From the NCBI GenBank assembly GCA_013333675.2, contig JABCOJ020000009.1, positions 204-64,203 of the forward strand: a stretch of 64,000 nt of DNA, written 5' to 3'. This DNA is from Candidatus Saccharimonadota bacterium (GTDB lineage Bacteria; Patescibacteriota; Saccharimonadia; Saccharimonadales; Saccharimonadaceae). The notes under the pieces were generated by a model that was not told the origin of the DNA, ran no database searches, and was given only the letters and a program-made list of their open reading frames with translations. This document shows positions 48,087-58,119 of the stretch, in pieces; position 1 is the stretch's first letter, and every line of letters begins with the position of its first letter. Made by a program: the position numbers and the translations under genes.

Positions 48087-48259
48087 CAAAAAAGCGCCCC
48101 CGAGAATACCAGGAGCGCTTCCGCGTATCGACAAACGGACTATCGCTATTTTGCTTCGTCTTCCGCCTCAGCTTCTTTGGCCGATTTTTGCAACGGCGCG
48201 GCGACTTTTTCGAATGAGCCGCCGGCTTTTTCAAGCGCTGGGATCACGCTCTTTGACGC
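48061..48259 (-). repeat. Diverged inverted copy of the rplO 3' end and terminator (1698-1896)
   Basis: Reverse complement reads TCAAAGAGCGTGATCCCAGCGCTTGAAAAAGCCGGCGGCTCATTCG...GAAGCAAAATAG...TATTTCCAGCGCC. Confidence 0.95.
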
Positions 48260-48602
48260 GGTCGCTGCATACCCGCAGCAGAACGGCGTTTTCACTGCAT
48301 ATCAGGATGGTAATGTAGTGCTGCAGCAATTTACGGTCAAAAAACCGTTTGATTGCCGCGCGGCGGAAAAACGAATCGCGCACCATTTTCACGAAGTGCG
48401 CATTACTAATGAAATGCTTGAGCCACTCGTCCGTGTACTCAAAATGCATCCAGCCTACACTGCTACCCCAATGTATTTTTATGAAAAGACCCTCACGCGG
48501 ACGACTCGCGATGAACTCGCGCAATCAATAACGCCGCAGGCTTTTCATGACATCGCAAAATCTGCCCGTATCTCTATACAGCCAGTACCGCCTACAAAAT
48601 AG
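48260..48602 (+). pseudogene. Probable 3' remnant of an unidentified gene
   Basis: Open frame whose apparent start lies inside the antisense rplO copy, so it lacks a genuine start. Confidence 0.45.
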
Positions 48603-48752
48603 CAACCGCGATGCCGTACAAAAAATACAACGACTTTTCAGAAACTACTGTTATTCGTGTGGATAAACGATGCAATCCTTGACAGCGAACGATGAAAGCG
48701 TATAATGAAATTGATATCATCAAGAAACATACAAAGGAATGCGAGAACCAGT

Positions 48753-49268
48753 ATGTCAGAATTACCAGAAAAACAAGTCAAACGGCTTAAGTCGCTGATT
48801 CAGGAAGCGGAAACAAATTTAGCCGCCGCTAAAGAATTGCTCATGAGTATTTTGGGCGATGACGGGCAAATTGTGACGCCGGTTAACAGCCGCGACGACG
48901 TTACCGGCAAAATTATTGAGGGCGTGTTCGACGGACAAACCATGGTTGGTCCGGACGGCAAGAATTATCCAGTGCCAGCTAACTATGCGAGCAAATCGAA
49001 ACTGGTTGAAGGCGACATTCTCAAGCTAACCATTGCGAGCGACGGCGGCTTCATCTACAAACAAATCGGGCCAGTTTCGCGCAAGCAAATCATTGGTACG
49101 CTTGTGCAACACGACGGCGCATATTACGTTGAAGCGCAGGGCAAAGAGTATCGCATCTTGCTTGCGAGCGTCACTTACTTCCGCATCAATGTTGGCGATC
49201 AAGTTACTATCATCGTGCCGGAAGATGATCCGGACGCCAGTTGGGCAGCGGTAGAAGCCGCGTTGTAG
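48753..49268 (+). CDS. Hypothetical protein (N-terminal coiled coil, beta-rich C-terminus)
   Basis: IIEGVFDGQ.M...YPVPANYASKSKLVEGD; TTGACA-N16-TATAAT promoter upstream. Confidence 0.85.
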   Translation: MSELPEKQVKRLKSLIQEAETNLAAAKELLMSILGDDGQIVTPVNSRDDVTGKIIEGVFDGQTMVGPDGKNYPVPANYASKSKLVEGDILKLTIASDGGFIYKQIGPVSRKQIIGTLVQHDGAYYVEAQGKEYRILLASVTYFRINVGDQVTIIVPEDDPDASWAAVEAAL

Positions 49269-49276
49269 CCGATAAA

Positions 49277-49663
49277 ATGGCTCGTGAATTAGTTGATTTG
49301 CCGCTTGGAAAGTTTCTATTCACGAGAGTTAGCTTTGACAGTACGTGTAACGCTCCGTATTTTCGGCTGATGGATGCTGACGGTATCTTTGTATATGTTC
49401 GTCCTGCCGGTAACTTTACGCTGACATTTGATCTAAGCCGCAAACGCTGTACTGGTTGGTATGATATGCGAACTGGCGAGTGCTATGAGTGTCCAGGTAA
49501 GCGCTCTGTCTCTGAAAAATATGAACAGTGTCCTGAATGCCAACGGAAGACCGGCTTTAATCCAGCGTTCTACAACACGACAGAATTGAGCGTGCAACAA
49601 GCCGAGCTCAACAAGCTGCTCGGGCAGCTGCTTATTATGGAACAGCAAATTTGGCTTACGTAA
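49277..49663 (+). pseudogene. DUF2797-like protein, apparently C-terminally truncated
   Basis: CTGWY...CP...QCPECQRKTGFNPAFY; ends shortly after this motif, overlapping the queA stop. Confidence 0.55.
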
Positions 49664-50684
49664 TTATCATACTATCGCCATAACTAAAAAATCGGTATCG
49701 CTCGGCGACAGCGTGCTCGTATGCGGGGCGCAGTATATTCCAGCCAGCAAATGCCGCAGCAAGCATGAGGACGGTGCTTTCTGGCAGGTGAAAGTTTGTG
49801 ATTAACGCATCAATTACCTGGAATGTATAGCCCGGGTAGATAAATATATCCGCTTCGCCGGTGATGTCGTGCGGCGGTTCGTGCAGGATTTGCCGGTGGG
49901 CGTATTCAAGCGTGCGCGTCATTGTCGTGCCGAGTGCAATGACGCGATTGCCGCTTGCCTTTGCGGCTTGGATTGCGGCTATGGTGGCGGCAGGGATTGA
50001 AAAATATTCTTGGTGCATCGTGTGCTTGGTGACATCATCTACGCGAATCGGTAGAAACGTACCGAGCCCGACATGCAGCGTAGCGTGCGTGATAATAACA
50101 CCTTTGGCGTGCAGCTGCGCGAGGATCTCGTCGGTCATGTTGAGGCTGGCAGTTGGTGCGGCGACTGAACCAATTTCGCGCGCAAAAACGGTTTGGTAGC
50201 GCTCAATGTCAGTAGGCGTGGCGTCGCGGTTCATGTAGGGCGGTAGCGGCACTGAGCCGTACTCCTCGGCAATGTCAAGCAGGCTGCGCTGGCTGCGAAC
50301 GACAGCAATCCCGCCGCCCAAAATTTCCTCAACAACTAATTCGTCATCGTCAACAAAAAGCGTATCGCCGGCATGCAACTTGCGGCGGTAAATTACTTTA
50401 TGCCGAAACCAGTCGTCGCGTGAGCCGTGCTGCTCAACGAGCACTAGCTCGCGCTCGCCGCCGCTTGGTTTGCGGGCACGCAGGCGGGCTTTTAGTACTT
50501 TCGTATCGTTGATAACGAGCACATCGCCCGCATTTAGGTAGTCAACGATATCAGGGTAATGGCGGTCGTTAATTGCACCGGTGCGGCGGTCAAGTGCAAG
50601 CAGTCGCGATGTCCCGCGTACAGCAGGCGGCTGATCGGCAATGAGCTCGTGCGGAATATCATAATAAAAATCGGATAGCTGCAT
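49656..50684 (-). CDS. queA: S-adenosylmethionine:tRNA ribosyltransferase-isomerase
   Basis: PLPPY, YQTVFA..GSVAAPTA, HVGLGTF, TNFHLP.ST, RFFSYGD motifs. Confidence 0.97.
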   Translation of the reverse strand: MQLSDFYYDIPHELIADQPPAVRGTSRLLALDRRTGAINDRHYPDIVDYLNAGDVLVINDTKVLKARLRARKPSGGERELVLVEQHGSRDDWFRHKVIYRRKLHAGDTLFVDDDELVVEEILGGGIAVVRSQRSLLDIAEEYGSVPLPPYMNRDATPTDIERYQTVFAREIGSVAAPTASLNMTDEILAQLHAKGVIITHATLHVGLGTFLPIRVDDVTKHTMHQEYFSIPAATIAAIQAAKASGNRVIALGTTMTRTLEYAHRQILHEPPHDITGEADIFIYPGYTFQVIDALITNFHLPESTVLMLAAAFAGWNILRPAYEHAVAERYRFFSYGDSMIIT

Positions 50685-50851
50685 AGGCATCAGTATAGCA
50701 CGTCTTTCGGCGGCGAGGGCGCCAATATGCCAATATAAATAGCAAGGAAAGACTTGAGCCGGCGGCCCTTGACAGCGGACGCTGCAATCGCTACAATAAA
50801 ACTATACTAATCCGGCCGGCAGGTCGGAGTTTTTCGTAAGAAAGGAACATC

Positions 50852-51970
50852 ATGCAAGATTTGAATGTAAAACAAATGACGTTAGCAATGCGTACGATCG
50901 CCGAAGAAAAAGCGCTTCCCGAGGATGTCGTGCTAGGCGTGATTGAACAGGCAATCGCTGCGGCGTGGCGCCGCGATAACGGCGAGCGCGAGCAGAACGT
51001 ACGCGCTGAGCTCAACATTAATGACGGCACAGCGAAAGTATCAGTTGTGAAAACGGTTGTCGAGGATGTCGAGAACGACATTAACCAAATTAGTTTGGAG
51101 GATGCGCGAAAAATTGATGGAAACGCCGAGCTTGGCGGCGAAGTCGTAACAGAAACGCATGACGTTACGAGTTTTGGGCGCGTGGCGGCGCAGACTGCCA
51201 AGCAGGTCGTAATTCAACGCCTGCGCGAAGCAGAGCGCGAGGTTGTGCTGGCTGAATTTGAGGATAAAATCGGCACGGTTGTGACGGGCGTCGTGCAGCG
51301 CGTAGAGCCGCGCGTCGTGCGTGTCGAGCTAGGCAAAGCGACGGGTATTTTGCCGCAAAGCGAGCAGATTCAAGGAGAGTATTATTCGGTTGGGCAGCGC
51401 CTCAGGGTATTTATTAAGGATATTGAGCGCGACGGGCGCGGTGCGCAGCTAGTACTTAGCCGCGGCAACGAAGCTTTTATTGAATATCTATTCCGCCAGG
51501 AAGTGCCGGAAATGGAAACCGGCGCGGTCGAAATCAAAGGCATTGCACGCGAGGCGGGCCGCCGCACGAAGTTGGCAGTCGCGAGCTTAGTGCCGGGCGT
51601 TGATCCGGTCGGCACGTTCGTTGGCGGGCATGGCACGCGCGTGAATGCGGTAATGAATGAGATCGGCGATCAGGAAAAAATTGATATCGTAACTTACGAC
51701 GAGAACATTGATACGTATATTCGCAACGCGCTTAGTCCGGCGGAAATTGTGAAAGTTGAAATTGATAAAGAACATAAATCGGCGAAAGTCTACGTCACAG
51801 AGGATCAGCAATCAATCGCGATCGGCCGCGGCGGACAAAACGTGCGTCTGGCAAGCCGCTTGACGGGCTACGAGCTGGATATCGAAACAGCAACTGCCAA
51901 GCCGGCCGAGAAAAAACCGCGCACAAACATTGAAGATGGGTTGTTCGCGGCGATTGAAAATCAAGAATAG
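50852..51970 (+). CDS. nusA: Transcription factor NusA
   Basis: FGRVAAQTAKQV, EVPE, AIGRGGQNVRLA motifs. Confidence 0.98.
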   Translation: MQDLNVKQMTLAMRTIAEEKALPEDVVLGVIEQAIAAAWRRDNGEREQNVRAELNINDGTAKVSVVKTVVEDVENDINQISLEDARKIDGNAELGGEVVTETHDVTSFGRVAAQTAKQVVIQRLREAEREVVLAEFEDKIGTVVTGVVQRVEPRVVRVELGKATGILPQSEQIQGEYYSVGQRLRVFIKDIERDGRGAQLVLSRGNEAFIEYLFRQEVPEMETGAVEIKGIAREAGRRTKLAVASLVPGVDPVGTFVGGHGTRVNAVMNEIGDQEKIDIVTYDENIDTYIRNALSPAEIVKVEIDKEHKSAKVYVTEDQQSIAIGRGGQNVRLASRLTGYELDIETATAKPAEKKPRTNIEDGLFAAIENQE

Positions 51971-51987
51971 AATTTACTACTACAGCA

Positions 51988-52018
51988 GAAAGCCTCCAAG
52001 TCCCCGAGAGGCTTTTTG
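51988..52018 (+). terminator. Terminator after nusA
   Basis: AAAGCCTC...GAGGCTTTTT. Confidence 0.7.
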
Positions 52019-52079
52019 TTTGGCTAGGCGCGCTATCGGCGGTTCTGTGTGGTGAGGCGGGCAAAAAACTATAAGAAAA

Positions 52080-52121
52080 TTAGCACTCTCCCTTGACGAG
52101 TGCTAACATTATCGGTATACT
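52080..52121 (+). promoter_or_regulatory. CIRCE (HrcA operator) overlapping a sigma70 promoter of clpC
   Basis: Perfect TTAGCACTC-N9-GAGTGCTAA at 52080-52106; TTGACG-N17-TATACT. Confidence 0.93.
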
Positions 52122-52166
52122 AGGACACATGGGTTGTTATACCAGAGAAACGGAGCATAGCGAATA

Positions 52167-54638
52167 ATGCCAGAGGATTTTGCAGATTTTATTTCACATT
52201 TGACTGATAATGCGCGCGCGAGCGTGCAGCATGCTGATGCAATTGCGCGCGGTAACGGTAGTAATTATATCGGGACTGAGCACCTATTGCTGGGTGTATT
52301 GGCGCAGGGTTCAAGCTCAGCGGCAAAAGTGCTTGCAGATGCGGGTGTAACACTGCAGCAGGCAGAAATAGCGCTTGATATCAAACCGTCGCGCGTCGTA
52401 ACAAGTACAGGCGTCGTCGGTTTAAGCGAAACGGCGATGTTGACGTTGCGCATGGCGTGGGAGGCTGCTAAAGAATATAATCACGATTTTTTGGGTACCG
52501 AGCATATTCTTTATAGCGTGCTGCGCCAAGGTAACGCGCGGGCTACGACGCTGTTGCGCGATATGGGCGTGGACGTCGATAAAGTAATGAATGAACTTGA
52601 AGACTCGTTTGAAGAAAATCGCAGCGAGCACGGCGATGTTGCGACCGAGCCGCGGCGGCGGGCGGTACGCGGTGGCGCGCTTAGCGCGTTCGGGATTGAC
52701 TTGACGGCGAAAGCGGCGGCAGGCGAGCTTGACGCAATGATCGGGCGCGATAAGGAGCTAGAGCGTATGATCACGATCCTGAGCCGGCGTACAAAAAATA
52801 ATCCTGTGCTGATTGGCGAGCCGGGCGTTGGCAAGACGGCCATCGTTGAGGGTTTGGCGCAGCGTATCGTGCATGAGGACGTGCCGGCGCATTTGCTTGA
52901 CAAACGCGTGATTATGCTAGATATGGCGGCGATGATCGCAGGCACGAAATATCGCGGCGAGTTTGAAGACCGGTTGAAAAAGGTCGTCGCAGAAATCAAG
53001 AAGCACGCGAATATTATCGTGTTTATTGATGAGCTACACTTGCTGGTGGGCGCTGGCGCGGCCGAAGGTAGCATGGATGCGGCAAACATTTTGAAGCCGG
53101 CGCTTGCCCGCGGCGAGCTGCACATGATTGGCGCGACGACGCTTGACGAATATCGCAAGCATATCGAAAAAGATACGGCGTTAGAACGACGTTTTCAGAC
53201 GATTGTCGTAAAAGAACCAACGATCGCGCAAACGATTGCAATTTTAAAAGGGCTGAAAAGCTATTATGAAAAACATCACGGCGCGACGATTACTGATGAC
53301 GTGATCGAATCGGCGGTATACATGAGCGACCGTTATGTGTCTGATCGCTTCATGCCAGATAAGGCGATTGACGTGCTTGACGAAGCGGCGGCGCGCGTGC
53401 GAGTTAAGCAAGGGCATGTGCCTAGCCGGCAGCGCGATTATCTGAAAGAACTCAAACATTTGAACGAACGCATGGAAGAGGCGGTTGCGCATGAAGACTA
53501 TGAACGGGCGGCGCTCTACAAGCAGCGGATTAGCCAAATTAATGAAAAGCTAGAGGTTGAAAAAATCGCGCAAGAAGGTAAACGAGCGATTCAGCTAACC
53601 GATGACGATGTGGCACATGCTATCGCGGTGATGACCAGCATACCGGTCGAGAAAGTGCAGACCAGTGAAGCGAAATTGCTGCGGCAGCTTGAAAAGCATT
53701 TAAGTAAATATATTATTGGACAGCGCGAGGCGATTCAGAAAGTGTCGCGGGCGATTCGGCGCAGCCGCTCTGGCGTCGCAAGCAGCCGCCGCCCGATTGG
53801 CAGCTTCGTGTTTATGGGACCGACAGGCGTAGGTAAAACGCAACTTGCTAAGGTGCTGGCACGTGAAGTGTTTGGCAGCGAAGACGCGCTTATTAAAATT
53901 GATATGAGCGAGTTCGGCGAAAAGCATAATACATCGCGGCTTGTTGGCGCGCCGGCGGGTTATGTTGGCTACGAAGATGGCGGCAAGTTGACTGATAAAA
54001 TTCGGCGTCAGCCTTACAGCGTTGTGCTATTTGACGAGATTGAAAAAGCGCATCCGGATGTATTTAATTTACTATTGCAGCTGCTTGAGGACGGCGTGTT
54101 GACCGACGCAAAAGGCAGGGAGGTAAGCTTTCGTAACACGATTATTATTCTGACGAGTAATCTTGGCGCCGATCAGATGATGAAAGAATCGGAGCTTGGA
54201 TTTCGTGCGCATAGCGTTAAGAACGGGCAGCTTGACTCGCTGCACGAACGTAATGCCCGCTTAACGCATGATGCGCTTGAAAAGTACATGCGACCAGAAC
54301 TTGTTAACCGTTTCGATGGCATCATTACATTCCGTGCGCTCACGCGGGCGGAAGTTGGTAAAATTTTTGATTTGCTGATCGGTGAGTTGCGTCAGCGACT
54401 TGTGCGTCAAGGTTTGGCACTGAAGGTTGCGCCCGCAGCGAAACGGTATCTAATTGATAAGGGGTACACTGTTAAATTCGGTGCACGTCCATTACGTCGC
54501 GTTATTGAAGATGAAGTCGAGCATGCGATTGCCGAGGGAGTTTTGGCAAATTCGTACAAAAAAGGTGATATTCTAGAAGTAGTATTAACCAAGGGAGCGA
54601 TCGCGATTGAACGGAGCAGCGAAACCGAAACGAACTAG
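52167..54638 (+). CDS. clpC: ATP-dependent Clp protease ATPase subunit ClpC
   Basis: Clp-N repeats, two AAA modules (GEPGVGKT, GPTGVGKT), UVR-like middle domain. Confidence 0.95.
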   Translation: MPEDFADFISHLTDNARASVQHADAIARGNGSNYIGTEHLLLGVLAQGSSSAAKVLADAGVTLQQAEIALDIKPSRVVTSTGVVGLSETAMLTLRMAWEAAKEYNHDFLGTEHILYSVLRQGNARATTLLRDMGVDVDKVMNELEDSFEENRSEHGDVATEPRRRAVRGGALSAFGIDLTAKAAAGELDAMIGRDKELERMITILSRRTKNNPVLIGEPGVGKTAIVEGLAQRIVHEDVPAHLLDKRVIMLDMAAMIAGTKYRGEFEDRLKKVVAEIKKHANIIVFIDELHLLVGAGAAEGSMDAANILKPALARGELHMIGATTLDEYRKHIEKDTALERRFQTIVVKEPTIAQTIAILKGLKSYYEKHHGATITDDVIESAVYMSDRYVSDRFMPDKAIDVLDEAAARVRVKQGHVPSRQRDYLKELKHLNERMEEAVAHEDYERAALYKQRISQINEKLEVEKIAQEGKRAIQLTDDDVAHAIAVMTSIPVEKVQTSEAKLLRQLEKHLSKYIIGQREAIQKVSRAIRRSRSGVASSRRPIGSFVFMGPTGVGKTQLAKVLAREVFGSEDALIKIDMSEFGEKHNTSRLVGAPAGYVGYEDGGKLTDKIRRQPYSVVLFDEIEKAHPDVFNLLLQLLEDGVLTDAKGREVSFRNTIIILTSNLGADQMMKESELGFRAHSVKNGQLDSLHERNARLTHDALEKYMRPELVNRFDGIITFRALTRAEVGKIFDLLIGELRQRLVRQGLALKVAPAAKRYLIDKGYTVKFGARPLRRVIEDEVEHAIAEGVLANSYKKGDILEVVLTKGAIAIERSSETETN

Positions 54639-55605
54639 CTTCATACGATCGTTTGCTGTGGTCGTGGTAGCTGCTGGCGGGCTGGCGGCGGCGTATTGGT
54701 TTGGTCCGCAGCTGCTTGACGAGTTTCGCGCGCAGCAATATACGCCGTCATCGCAGATCTCAGCGATTGAACAGCGTGTAACGCTAACGCCGGCGGGTAA
54801 ACGGATTTTTCACGCGACTAGTCCTGAGGTGCAGGACTCAGGGCAATTCAACAGCAGTTGTCATAGCGTGGAGCGGACGACGGCGATCTTGGGGTGCTAC
54901 TACCGCGACCGGATTTATTTGTATAATGTGCAAAACAACGAGCTTGATGGCGCGCTTGACGTGACGGCGGCGCATGAGTTGCTGCATGCGGCGTATGCGC
55001 GGTTGAACGCATTTGAACGGCAGAAAGTGGACGGATTAGTGCGCGCAGCGTATCAAAAAGTGAAAGACGAGCCGACGCTAAAACGCTTAATGGAGTATTA
55101 TAAACAGGCGGAGCCAGGCGCTGAAGTTAATGAATTGCACTCAATTTTAGGTACAACGATCGCAAATCTCGATAGCGAACTAGAGCGGCATTACGCGCGC
55201 TATTTCACGAACCGTGCGAGCATCGTAGCACTAAATCGGCGTTATACGCAAGTATTTTCGGAGTTAGACCAGCAGGCGGCATCGTTAAGAGCGAAGATAT
55301 CTGCTGAAGAATCGTCACTTAAAACTGAAACGGATGCTTACCAGAATGAACTGAATCAACTAAACTCCGATATTCAAAGCTTCAATCAGCGAGCGGTAAG
55401 CGGTGATTTTTCGTCGCAAGAGTTCTATGCGGCGCGAAATGTACTTTCAGGGCGCGTTGCGGCATTAAATCGTCGGCAAAATCAATTAAACGCACGTATC
55501 TCAGCGTATAATACGATGATTATCGAATACAACAAGCTTGCTGTGCGGGCGCAGCAGCTGAATCAAAGCATGAATGGCGTGAGTGCGCCGAGCGAGGTGA
55601 AGTAG
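54607..55605 (+). CDS. Membrane-anchored HExxH metallopeptidase-like protein with coiled coil
   Basis: N-terminal TM; AAHELLH; heptad-rich C-terminus; start uncertain. Confidence 0.7.
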   Translation: MNGAAKPKRTSFIRSFAVVVVAAGGLAAAYWFGPQLLDEFRAQQYTPSSQISAIEQRVTLTPAGKRIFHATSPEVQDSGQFNSSCHSVERTTAILGCYYRDRIYLYNVQNNELDGALDVTAAHELLHAAYARLNAFERQKVDGLVRAAYQKVKDEPTLKRLMEYYKQAEPGAEVNELHSILGTTIANLDSELERHYARYFTNRASIVALNRRYTQVFSELDQQAASLRAKISAEESSLKTETDAYQNELNQLNSDIQSFNQRAVSGDFSSQEFYAARNVLSGRVAALNRRQNQLNARISAYNTMIIEYNKLAVRAQQLNQSMNGVSAPSEVK

Positions 55606-56957
55606 TGGCAAAAGCGCGCAGCCAATTTGTGTGTCAGCAGTGCGGCGCGAGTTACCCAAAGTGGGTCGGCAAGTGTGAGAATTGCGGCGAGTGGAACTCG
55701 CTCGTGGAGCAGGTTGTACGTGCGGCGGGCAGTTCGGCAGTGGCGCGGAGTGCTGCGCACGGCAATATATTGAAAGCGCAGTCAATGCGTTCAATCTCAG
55801 CAGAAGCATCAACCGCGCGTCTTGGCACAGGTATTGCTGATGTAGATGCGGTATTGGGCGGCGGTATCCTGCCGGGCGGCGTTATGCTGCTGGCTGGACA
55901 ACCGGGTATCGGCAAGTCGACGCTATTGCTGCAAATAGCAGCGCATATTTCTGAAGACGCGCTAGTGCTGTACGCGAGCGGCGAGGAGTCGGCGTCGCAA
56001 GTTAAACTGCGAGCTCGGCGCTTGGGGGCAGTAGCGGGCGACCATCTGCAATTTGTCGCAAGCACGAGCGCCGACGACATTGCGGCGACGATTGCTAGCG
56101 GCGCTTACAAACTTGTTGTCATTGATAGTATTCAAACGCTTAGCCTTGAGGAGGTGGCAAGCGCGCCGGGAACGGTCAGTCAAATTACTAACTCAAGCAA
56201 CGTCATTATTCGTGCCGCTAAAGCATCCGGTGCAGCAGTGATTTTGGTCGGACATGTCACGAAAGAAGGTTCAATTGCCGGACCAAAAGTATTGGAGCAT
56301 TTAGTTGATGTCGTGCTACAGTTTGAGGGCGACCGCTATGGTGGCTTCAAAGTAGTGCGCGCGGTAAAGAATCGCTACGGCTCAACTAGCGAGGCGGCGA
56401 TCTTTGAGATGAGTGAACGCGGTTTGAGCGTGGTCGAAAATCCGTCGGCGGCATTACTTGCCGAGCGCCAAAATGCCGATGGATCGGTAGTGCTTGCTAC
56501 GCTTGAAGGTAATCGTCCGATTTTGGTAGAAATTCAAGCCCTTGTCAATTCGACAAATTTCGGGTATCCTAAAAGGACGGCGAGCGGATTCGACTTGAAT
56601 CGCCTCAACCTGTTGATTGCTGTGCTTGAGAAACGCACAAAACTGAACTTATCTGACAAAGATATTTATATCAATGTAGTGGGCGGACTGAAATTGGCGG
56701 ATCCAGCGGCCGATTTGGCTGTTGCGATGGCGATCGCTTCGGCAGCAGCGGGGCGCAAGCTAGATGATGGTTTGGTGGTGTTCGGTGAAGTTGGTTTAGG
56801 CGGTGAAATCCGCTCGGCGCGATTAACTGACAAGCGTGTTGCTGAAGCGAAGAAGCTTGGCTTTACCCAGGCGATTGCTCCAAAATCGGGCAAAAAGAAT
56901 TCATTTGTGCGCGGCGCGCATGATTTGCGCCAGGCGCTCATTGACTACATGAAGTAG
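55605..56957 (+). CDS. radA: DNA repair protein RadA/Sms
   Basis: C4 zinc finger, GQPGIGKST, KNRYG, GEVGLGGE motifs. Confidence 0.97.
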   Translation: MAKARSQFVCQQCGASYPKWVGKCENCGEWNSLVEQVVRAAGSSAVARSAAHGNILKAQSMRSISAEASTARLGTGIADVDAVLGGGILPGGVMLLAGQPGIGKSTLLLQIAAHISEDALVLYASGEESASQVKLRARRLGAVAGDHLQFVASTSADDIAATIASGAYKLVVIDSIQTLSLEEVASAPGTVSQITNSSNVIIRAAKASGAAVILVGHVTKEGSIAGPKVLEHLVDVVLQFEGDRYGGFKVVRAVKNRYGSTSEAAIFEMSERGLSVVENPSAALLAERQNADGSVVLATLEGNRPILVEIQALVNSTNFGYPKRTASGFDLNRLNLLIAVLEKRTKLNLSDKDIYINVVGGLKLADPAADLAVAMAIASAAAGRKLDDGLVVFGEVGLGGEIRSARLTDKRVAEAKKLGFTQAIAPKSGKKNSFVRGAHDLRQALIDYMK

Positions 56958-56997
56958 TTGCTAACAGAGATCAAATCTCGCGAAAAGAAAGGAACGT

Positions 56998-58119
56998 ATG
57001 GAAACAAAAGATATAGTATTGCTAGCGGTGACGCTGTTAATTTTGGGCGAAGTGTCATATTTATTGACGCGGCTGCCAAAGACGAATATTAAAGCGAAAG
57101 ACCGCGCGATTTTAGTCGATACATCGGTGCTGATGGACGGGAGGATTGTTGCGGTAGCGGGCACGGGATTCATTGGCGGCACACTGGTGATTCCGCGCTC
57201 GGTGATCGGTGAACTGCAATTTTTAGCAGACCATGCCGATAGCGATAAACGCGCTCGTGCGCGCCATGGGCTTGACGTTGTGACGGAATTGCAGGCGATG
57301 GAGCGTGTCGCAGTGGAGTTGCTGCAGGACGGCAGCCGCGCCAGCGAAGGTGTTGATAATCGGCTATTATCACTCGCAAAACAACACGGTGCAGTTATCA
57401 TGACGCTTGACTATAATCTTAACAAAGTCGCAGCGGTGGAAGGTACGGAAGTGTTGAATCTGAATGAGCTGGCGCAGAGTCTGCGCATGGAATATTTGCC
57501 GGGAGAAAAGCTCCTTCTTGATCTGATTCAAAAAGGACAAGACTCGCATCAGGCGGTCGGCTATCTGCCGGACGGCACGATGGTCGTCGTTGAACAGGCG
57601 AGCGGCAAAATTGGGCAAACGCATACGGTCGAAATCGTGCGCAGTTTGCAAACAGCGGCAGGGCGCATGATGTTTGCGAAATTAGTAAACGAGGCTCAGT
57701 CGGAAAAACGCCGTACGCAGCGCCAATCGTCAAAATCGCACGACGCAATCTCTGCTGCGGCGTCAGGCGAACTAAATAAAGCGGCAAAATCGCAAGTAGC
57801 AAGCAATACATCAAACGAGTCGGCTGCCCCGTCTACTTCAAATCAACGCCGTCGAGGTAAAAACGCGTCAAGCGTACAACGTAGTAGTACGGTAAAGCAA
57901 GCGCATTCGGCAAAAACAGCGCAGTCGTCGCGCATGCAGCGCGCGCACGAAGACAACAAAGCTTCTCGCCGGACACACACTTCGCGAAAGGGAAAAGATG
58001 GTGCGGCGGTACAGGCTCCGCACTCACAGCCAAATGCAAATTCCGAGCCGCGCCGCACGAGTCATTCGCGCCGCAAAAATCACGAGGATGACTTGATCGC
58101 CCTCGTGAATGAGCAGTAG
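56998..58119 (+). CDS. PIN/TRAM-domain protein (YacL-like) with disordered tail
   Basis: VDTSVLMDGRI, DYNLNKVA, VGYLPDGTMVVVE, QTAAGRMMFA motifs. Confidence 0.9.
   Translation: METKDIVLLAVTLLILGEVSYLLTRLPKTNIKAKDRAILVDTSVLMDGRIVAVAGTGFIGGTLVIPRSVIGELQFLADHADSDKRARARHGLDVVTELQAMERVAVELLQDGSRASEGVDNRLLSLAKQHGAVIMTLDYNLNKVAAVEGTEVLNLNELAQSLRMEYLPGEKLLLDLIQKGQDSHQAVGYLPDGTMVVVEQASGKIGQTHTVEIVRSLQTAAGRMMFAKLVNEAQSEKRRTQRQSSKSHDAISAAASGELNKAAKSQVASNTSNESAAPSTSNQRRRGKNASSVQRSSTVKQAHSAKTAQSSRMQRAHEDNKASRRTHTSRKGKDGAAVQAPHSQPNANSEPRRTSHSRRKNHEDDLIALVNEQ

Noticed and set aside
48049..48234. 61-aa ORF resembling the extended SecY N-terminus
   Set aside because: It is an off-frame reading of the duplicated rplO tail, not a gene.
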